NCBI GenBank assembly: GCA_021613535.1
Contig: CP075495.1
Span: forward strand, 5,394,001 to 5,458,000
Length of the DNA stretch: 64,000 bases
Origin: Adineta vaga
Taxonomy: Eukaryota > Animalia > Rotifera
Reading direction: 5' to 3'
The position numbers and the translations under genes were made by a program. Position 1 is the stretch's first letter; the number at the start of each line of letters is the position of its first letter. Below the pieces are notes generated by a model, which was given only the letters and a program-made list of their open reading frames with translations, was not told the origin of the DNA and did no database searches. Below are positions 55,424 to 64,000 of this stretch, in pieces.

Positions 55424-56849
55424 ATGTCGAAAAGTGAATATCGACAAATAACTGGAATTATTGTTGGTTGTGGAAATCGTGGTCAAAACTATGCTGAATA
55501 TGCTCGTCATCTTCCTGAACGATTTCGTTTAATTGCTGTAGCTGATCCACGACGAATTGTACGTGAGAAAATGCAAAAAGTGTATTCACTTGAAGAGAAA
55601 TATGTTTATGATGATTGGCGTCGATTAGCTGATTCAAATGTAGAACGTCTGGCTGATTGTGCAATAATTACTTTACCTGATCAAGAACATCATCAAGCAG
55701 CAACACAATTAGCAAAGAAAGGTTATCATATTTTGTTAGAAAAACCGATGGCAACAAAACCTGAACATTGTAAAGAAATTGTTCAAGTTTGTCGTGATAA
55801 TAATGTTCTTCTAGCTGTTTGTCATGTTCTACGATATTTACCTGTCGTTAAAAAAATTAAAGAATTAATTGAGAAAAATGTTATTGGTAAATTGATTTCT
55901 ATACAACATATTGAACCTGTTGGTAAGTAACGAAAAACAAAGTAAGATGTATGAATTTGGATCAATACGTTTTATTCTCTTAGGATTTTGGCATTTTGCT
56001 CATTCGTTTGTACGTGGTAATTGGCATAATGAAAATGATAGTTGTTTTTCATTATTAGCTAAATGTTGTCATGACCTTGATTTAATTCAATATTGGATGC
56101 AACCACGAAAATGTACAGAAATTTCCAGTTTTGGCAAGCTAATGCATTTCACTCGTGAAAATAAACCACAAGGTGCTGGCGATCGATGTTTGAGTTGTGC
56201 TGTAGAATCGACATGTCCATATTCAGCAAAAAAAATTTACTTAGAAAAGCAGAATCGTCGTTGGCCAGTATCTGTTGTTGTTCCCGACATCGAGGAACAT
56301 GAAAATTGGGAACATATTAAAGTAAAAGTTCAACAGGCATTGGAAACTGGCCCATATGGAAAATGTGTCTATGGTGATTGCAATAATGATGTTGTTGATC
56401 AACAAGTTGTTGCGTTGAATTTCGATGATGGTATAGAAAGAAAGCAAATGTGAAGTATTTGACAAAGATTTCTTTATCATATTATAGGAGCAACGGCTAC
56501 AATGCAAATGGTTGCTTTTACAGAGCAAATTTGTCAACGAACATCACGTATATTTGGTAGTCATGGTGAATTGACATGGACAGGAGAAGATACAGTGGTT
56601 CATTATGATTTTCTTACACAAAAACGGACAGTTTATGATGAAACTGATCTTAGTAGTGCTGGTATCATGAGTGGTCATGGTGGTGCTGATTTCTTTGCAA
56701 TGGATTCATTTATTTGTGCATTATCTTTGAACAAGCCTGAATTAATTGGAACAGGACCAGATGATTCATTAGCTAGTCATCTGATTGCTTTTGCTGCTGA
56801 AACAGCTCGAAAAGAGAATCGTGTTTGTCGAATCAGTGAATTTATTTAA
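55424..56849 (+). CDS. Gfo/Idh/MocA-family NAD(P)-dependent oxidoreductase, 3 exons
   Basis: IVGCGNRG; LLEKPMA; VCHVLRY; HFAHSFVRGNW; LLAKCCHDLD; GPYGKCVY; GHGGAD. Confidence 0.92.
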
Positions 56850-56925
56850 TTTCAAACAACAACTAACTTTTTCTGATTGAAAAAAAAACTTTTATTCGAG
56901 AGAAAAATAAACAAAATTGATATGA

Positions 56926-57908
56926 TTAATTTATATTTAGAAATTCGCTTAAATTCGATGTAGTAGAAAAACATTCAAATTGTTCGAGATCAATTGATGA
57001 TGAAAGATTCGATGGAATTGTTACATCTAGATTAGATATTGATGAATGATGTGAAATTTTTTGTTGATTTTGATTTCGATCAGTTTGTATTGTTTGACTA
57101 TCAAAATTTGTATCTATACTTGTTAAATCTGGTTCAATACTTTTCATTCTTAAATAATTATGATAATAAATTTTAATAAATAGTTTATGTTCAATAGAAA
57201 TACTTTTCTTCGTCGGATCTTTTTTCAAGTGGAGTATTTTCAAATTTTCCAATTAAATTTCGAACACATATTGCTTGATCACCGAATGAAAGTGAATCTG
57301 TCTGATCATATTCGGAACTATTTTGAAGATTTGTTAATGATGAATGAATTGGTTCAGATTGTATATCTTCGTCAGTTGATATCTTCCATTGAATACCATA
57401 TTTAATAGAAGATACAGAAGTTTGCTCGGGATCAATAACATTGATTATAGAAAGTTTTCGATTTACAGTTGTATTTGACGAAGAAGGTATTGGTATCGTG
57501 TGACTAGAAAACAAATTTTCTATCCTAGTAGAACTCTCATTTTATCTCATGATTGAACAGTGCTTCTATAGTCTTAATTATTCAGACGTTCAATGTTCAT
57601 CGAAGATCAGTGTTGTTATATCCTGCTGATTATACTATCGTTCTCTCTATCTCATCTAAAGTTCGCTTACGATACGAGAAGAAGAAGAATTCTCACTTAA
57701 ATTCTTGAAAAGGTAAAATAGATTCGAGTTTATTTTCTTCATATACATGATTCATTTTCATATTAGATCGTTCGATATCATTTTTTAAATGATCATGAAT
57801 ATAAATGACATCATTTTGTTTATTTCTCATATGAATAATGGTCAATGTCATTATACTAACAAATACAATTGCTATTGAAAGACTACCAATCAATTCGATT
57901 ATCACCAT
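56926..57908 (-). CDS. Hypothetical protein with N-terminal TM segment and S/T-rich tail, probably 3 exons
   Basis: Three minus-strand ORF pieces joinable by GT-AG introns; N-terminal hydrophobic stretch. Confidence 0.5.
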
Positions 57909-58354
57909 TGTAAACTATTATTCTGATGATATTTATTCATTATATAATAAAATAATAGAAAAATACGAAGTTTTTCAGTTGATTTATATATAAGATTGTT
58001 TATTTTTTTCTTCTTCTTGTTGCCTAAGCAATTTCGTATCATCTTTCAAACGAAAAAAAACGACGAAGACGAATAGAATAGCCAGTATGAATATATGGTC
58101 ATGGTTCATTGAGTTGCTCGTTCAAGTGTTCTATAAGTTCAATTACTTCTTTTTTTCTTCTGTATTTGTGATACATACATATATCTACAACAAAACTAAA
58201 TCAAATTTCTCAAACGATCAACGAACAAGTGTTGTTTTTCTCTGTCTCTTTCGACTAGTGACACGTACAGGTGAATCGGAAAATCAAAAAGAAAACCAAC
58301 CGTATCGACTCTTATTATTTGTTTACTCATTCTATCAATCAAAAACAATCAACG

Positions 58355-58595
58355 ATGAATGAAACAGTTGACAGTGTTTATCGTTTCGTTACTGATCAAT
58401 CATCAACAGCATACAGTAAAATGAATTCATTCGTTTCATCGTTACGTCGTCGTCTGGATAAGGTACTTACCGCTACTGCATCTCCTAATTCATCACCAAC
58501 ACATTCGTCATCTTTCTCAACGAAAGACGGTGAGATTCTTTTGCTTAAAGATACTATAAGAGATGCTTATCTCATGCTTGCTTTGATCGATAATG

Positions 58596-58629
<34 letters not shown>

Positions 58630-60382
58630 ATTAAAAGAATATTTGCATGTTGCTGAAAATTTACAAAAACAATCATGTTCACCAGCTACTGCACGTCGTT
58701 TAATTACTGAAATACGTTCATTAATATCTTTATCTAATTCAGATGAATATTATTCATCCAGTAGCAAATATGATCAACAAAGAAAACGTGAAAAAAATCT
58801 CAATGTTTATGATACATTGAGTAAACATCGTCCACTTGCACGATCCAATCCAAATGTACAAAATTCGAATAAAAATCTCGAAGCGAGTAAGCCCGTTCAT
58901 ATACAAAGACATTCGCTTCGTAGCTCTATGCGTAATTTATTAAAACGTCGTACAATAAAAATTCCATCTAAAAAATTTCTAGGCCCATCTACTGATTCGC
59001 AAACACCGCATATATACGAATCACTCGATACACCATCGCCTGAAATTACACCACCAGTCGATTTATCATCATCATCCGCACCTGAACAATCGTATACATC
59101 AACATCATCACCAGCAATCATAAAATCATCTTATTTACTTCCATCATCTATTGTTGTTCTCGATCATTTTACAACAAATCTTTATTTAGTTGTCAATTCA
59201 ACATTGAATCAATTATTAGTCGTTTTTGGATCAACAAAAATTCATACAATTAAATTATATGATACAAATGGAAGAAAAATTCATAATAATGATTTAATTT
59301 TACAATATAAATTTGAAGATTTACATGGATATAAATTATTATCATCAGCTTTAAATAATAGTTCTGAAAATCGTTTAATTGTTAACGAAATACGTGTTTA
59401 TGTTACGGAATCATTAAATGAAACATCATCAAATCAAACACTTAAACAACGTTTATTATTTTTTGATCAAAATGGTAATTATATGTCAGCATCAAAACGT
59501 TTACCAATAACTAATGAATTATTATTTGTTGACGTCGATCGTTTATCACCCTCGATTTATGCCTATGATGGATTAAATCTTATAAATTTAGATCGTAATT
59601 GGTCAACGAATGTGGAAAATATTGATTGTATAGCTGCTGGTTCAACATTTCTTGTTTGTTTACATACAAAAACGAATCAAATAAGTATTTATAATAATCA
59701 AACAGGTTCGTTCATATATCGTTGGTTAATAACAACACACAATATTCGTCATCTTCAAACTGTTTATTTATGTGTATCACGTCAAGATTTCATTTATGTT
59801 CTTGTATGGAATTGTGATGTTCATCCTGTAAATAATCTTGTTCTTGTTTTTGATCAAGAAGGACAATTACGCCGAGAATATTATACACCAAATCGTATTA
59901 TACCAAATATGCATGGAGCATATACATATGATATGACACTTGGCGGTGGTAGTGGTGGTGGTGGACATCAGACAGGTAATCCATTTGGTAACTTAATGCG
60001 TCGTTCAACATCAAAAGCAGTTCCACAAACAATGGCATGGATGCAGCAACAACAACAACAACAACAAGCAATGTGGAATCCAAGTGGTCGACATCATCCA
60101 CATATGTGGCCAGCAAATAGTCCTGCTCATCAAAGAGCACAAATGCAACCGATGTATCATCGAGATATGGCAAGTCCTTATGATATGTATCATCATTCTC
60201 AACAGCAACAACCACAGCAACATGAAGATAATACTTTATTTCATGCACGTTTTATTGCTATTACTGATGATGATACATTGATTCTTTCGAATATTATTGA
60301 TCTTGGTCTTGATGAAGAAACACAAGAAAAAGCGGTAGTTAATGTTAGTCGAAAGATTTTATTTTTTCATATCGAACCTTGA
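58355..60382 (+). CDS. Intronless hypothetical protein of about 675 aa, possible C-terminal beta-propeller (NHL-like)
   Basis: Long ORF; beta-rich repeats IKLYDTNG, LLFFDQNG, ISIYNNQTG, VLVFDQEG, FIAITDDDTLILS; poly-N and poly-Q inserts. Confidence 0.7.
58592..58628 (+). repeat. (AAT)n microsatellite encoding poly-Asn
   Basis: Direct reading of the trinucleotide run within the 58355 ORF. Confidence 0.9.
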
Positions 60383-61396
60383 ATTAATGTATATGATTCT
60401 TTTTTTTTATCGATATTACATATAAAGATATTTCCACAGAGAAAGCAAATTTATGCAGTAACTGAAAATATATTCAATTGTCGATTTCTGATTATAAAAG
60501 TACTCATTTACACATACCATTCTTCAGTTTTGACGACACACCCACACCCACCGCTCATACTGAATTCTAGCAATGTCATGATAATTTCAAGAGAGATATC
60601 AAACACCAAAACAAAGGAAAGAATTTCTAAATGTAGAATTATTGAAAATCATCAAAACGGTAAATCTTTTGTAAATGATTGTTATTCTGTTGAGCATCAT
60701 CGCTGGATGATACGCAAACTTAACACAAACATCAAAGCATCTATCTAATCTAAACCGTGTGAAACGTATGGCATTATTGCGATTATTGTCACATATTCAC
60801 CCGTTTTCTTTTATTTCTCAATTGAATCATAGTTCAAAAACATTTGTCTTCTCACTTCTGTCTAACACTTATATGATCATAAAAAAAAAGTCATCATTTC
60901 TTCAACGAACAAATTTCTTTACCAAACGAGTTGTCAAGAATGTAAAAAGTCATTTCATTGTTAATTACAATCGAAATTCTTTTTTGATTCTACTTGTCTA
61001 AAAATCGATTCATTTCTGCTTGATCAACGATTCAATCTCAAACAATGTCAAGAATGTTTTCAATGCACATCTAATATGCTCATTGTTAAAAGCAATAAAG
61101 TTATGATATTCATGTTTATATGATGGTAAAATGAGCCATGTTTTGGTCACAGATGGGTGTTATTCGTTCTGAAGGACATTAAAAGGCTATCTGACACCTT
61201 TTCATTTTTGACACCTTTCTCTTGGTTGATCACCGCTCAGAACATTTTCATTTTTATGTTTAATATTTATGATCAAGAGAGAGAGAGAGAAAGAGCGAAA
61301 GAGAAAGAGGAAATATAAGATTTTTTTCTGCTCTTGATTGAATACATTCTTCATCATTGACCAGTATAAGAAGCAATATTTTGATTTAAAAAGAGA

Positions 61397-62609
61397 ATGT
61401 ATATGACATACTCAAATCAAATCAACAAGATGTCAACATTGATTATCTTCTTCTTCTCGTTCATTATTATTACTCAAGCAAAAACATTACCTAGTGATTT
61501 TATGTAAATAGTTGTTAATGAAATTATTCTTTGCATAATTATAATAACAATTCATTTTTGCTTCTAGGTTATTAGGTTTAACACCAACTACACAATTAAT
61601 CAATGGTCTATCATGTCAATTCTATCGTCCATTTATTGGAGAAAATACCGATTATTTATGTTCGAAAATTCCTCAGTTACATCAAATTCTTCATCAATCA
61701 AATATTCAAACGTATGAACAATGTCAATATCATTTCCGAGATCATCCATGGGGTTGTCAACTAAGTTCAAAAATTGTTCCACTAAGAAGATTCCTACGGC
61801 AAGGTAAGTTTTTTCTTTCCAATTTGCATTCATTAATAATCCTTTCTTCGTTTTCTTTTATAGGATCAAAAGAATCTTCTTTTTATACAACATTAGCCAG
61901 TGCAACATTGACATTAAATTTACTAGATGCATGTATTAAAGGTCAAATTAATGCTACTGAATGCTTATGTTTGACTCATGGACAATCATGTCAAATAGAT
62001 TCTAAGATTGCTTTTCAATTCGCATATTTAATAACTGATGGTTTGAATATGTCGAAAAAATTTCAAGAAAAATCTCTTTTTCAACTTAATCAAGCTAATA
62101 AAGAACTAGGACGAAAGGTAAAGAGTTTGCTTGATATATGAACATAAATAGATCTAATAGGTGTGTGCTTAATTTAGATTATAAAAAATATGATGCAAAA
62201 AGAATGTCGTTGCCATGGTGTGAGTGGATCGTGTGAACTGCAAATCTGTCGATTACGGCCAGCTAAATTAGTTGATATTAGTAATGAAATCTATTTGAAT
62301 GCATATCAAAATGCTCGATATATAGAATCAATGGAGTTCATGACATCCGAAGAGAAAATTCAACTAATTTATGCACGGAAATCAATAAATTATTGTCGTT
62401 CAAATTCATTTATTGATTACTCAGGTACAAAGCAAGGACGAGAATGTTTTAGTAATGAAGGATGTGAAAAAGTTTGTTGTCATCGTGGATATCAATTAAT
62501 AACTGAATTGAAATCAATTGATAATTGTCATTGTTTTTTTTCATGGAATATTGTAAATATTCAATGTCAACCATGTGAGAAAAAGTTGACACGAATGATT
62601 TGTAATTAA
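61397..62609 (+). CDS. Divergent Wnt ligand, 4 exons
   Basis: Signal peptide; EQCQYHFRDHPWGC; GSKESSF; N.ELGRK; KECRCHGVSGSC; CEKVCCHRGY; start could be 61397 or 61430. Confidence 0.9.
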
Positions 62610-64000
62610 ACTGATTTGTTTTTGTGTAAATAATTCTTATTATATCAAGAGAAATCTACTTCAATGGTGTTTTTTTTTAGAAATAAATATCTAATATTTG
62701 TAAGTTAAAATTCATTTAAGATCAAAGTGCAGCTTTTCTTTCTATAAACTATTACTATGTTCATTTGTCGAAAAACGACAGACATTGAATAAATATACAA
62801 GCCTTCTATTATCATTTCCGTCTTCAATTAATTATCATTTGATCATACCGAATTCATATATCACATCTGAAGAATGTTATTTTGTAATATTTTTTCCTCT
62901 AAACATGTTTCTTATCTTTCTCAAATAATCAACATATTCGTAATATATTATTTGATCATCGTAAACATATCAATAGATCATAAACCGATAATCATGTATT
63001 TCTCGAAATACCTTTTATCTTGATAAGAACAATTGTCTGACATAAATATCTATTAATATCTAATCTACTCATGATCAATGAAGTGTTCAATCGTTTTAAA
63101 AAATAATATTAATTTACTAATTATGAATACAAGAGCAAATTTTTCTCTTCGGATTTTCTTTTTGTATTTTGTAATCAAATAAATATTTCTCAACAAATTA
63201 AACCTGATGTTTTACTATCCTAACAGGAAAAAAACAATTGCATTTAGACTCAATCGAATAGAAAAATTTTTATTTGTTAAACTAATGAATAACCCAAATG
63301 CAATCATCTTCAGGCGAGAAAATGCAATCAAACTCATATCCATAATCAATTTATTTGCTGTTTTCAATCATTGTTCAAATAACAATTCAATGCCCGTTAG
63401 ACAAATACTTCTTTTATAATAGGGGAGAGAAGAAAAAAAAAACGATTCCTTTATTCTATTTTTCTTTTTCTTTTCATCACATCATTTATACTCGTCTGTA
63501 GCAAAGGAAAAAATATATCAATCAATTCAAAAAATGAAAGAAAATTTTGTCAGATAAGTTCAATTCGAAGGCTTAATCGTTCGATTTATTGAAGAAATCC
63601 TTGACAAAATACTTCAAATGTCGATAAAAGAGGAGAAAGACAAAAGAATCTTTTTGACCCTAATAATACATACATACTCTTATGCTTCTCTTCTCTTCTG
63701 AAAGATTTTCTCGTTATATGCTTTGATTTATTTCTGGTAATCATCGATCTTCAATATTGAATTCAAACACACACAAAAAAAATCATATTTAGCGAGTTGT
63801 TTTCTTTTCTTGGAAATATTTCCTTTGAATCCGTTCATTTAATATCCAATTTCCATAATTAATAAGCTTGTTGAAAAAAAAGAGAGATGGAGAGTGTATA
63901 TTGAAGAAAACCGAATAATAGTCTTCATTTTTCATTGAACAAACTTTTTCTATTAATAAACGATCATATAATTAAAAAGTTGTTTTTTTCTTTTTCTTAA

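Noticed and set aside
57140-57260. Apparent frameshift between ORFs 57191-57514 and 56926-57252
   Set aside because: Explained by a short GT-AG intron that restores the frame (DEEK|MKSIEP)

Overview
AT-rich, gene-dense eukaryotic (animal) DNA with many short GT-AG introns of about 50-70 nt. The mix of metazoan genes, foreign-looking genes and an ART-family gene strongly suggests a bdelloid rotifer; this is an inference. Metazoan genes: eIF2-beta (partial), R3H/SUZ protein, DUSP22/15-like, BRWD/PHIP, HIP1/Sla2, 5-HT2-like GPCR, tetraspanin, claudin-like, Asterix, axonemal dynein light chain-like, RAM and a divergent Wnt. An accessory island at about 7.7-15.1 kb holds a 16-copy 93-bp in-frame tandem array whose variation sits mostly at one dipeptide, decayed element-like flanks and an R-S-ExE ADP-ribosyltransferase. 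A block of foreign-looking genes at about 23.9-32.5 kb holds a VIT/vWA/TPR/DUF2135-like gene fused to ZZ fingers, a tandem GT32 + PIG-L-like de-N-acetylase pair and a secreted FAD oxidoreductase. The best candidate for an undescribed system is the GT32 + de-N-acetylase pair: it resembles the GntA/GdaA core of the fungal GlcN-inositolphosphoceramide glycolipid cluster, apparently co-transferred into an animal. Exon boundaries were read by eye and family calls come from motif recognition, not database searches.
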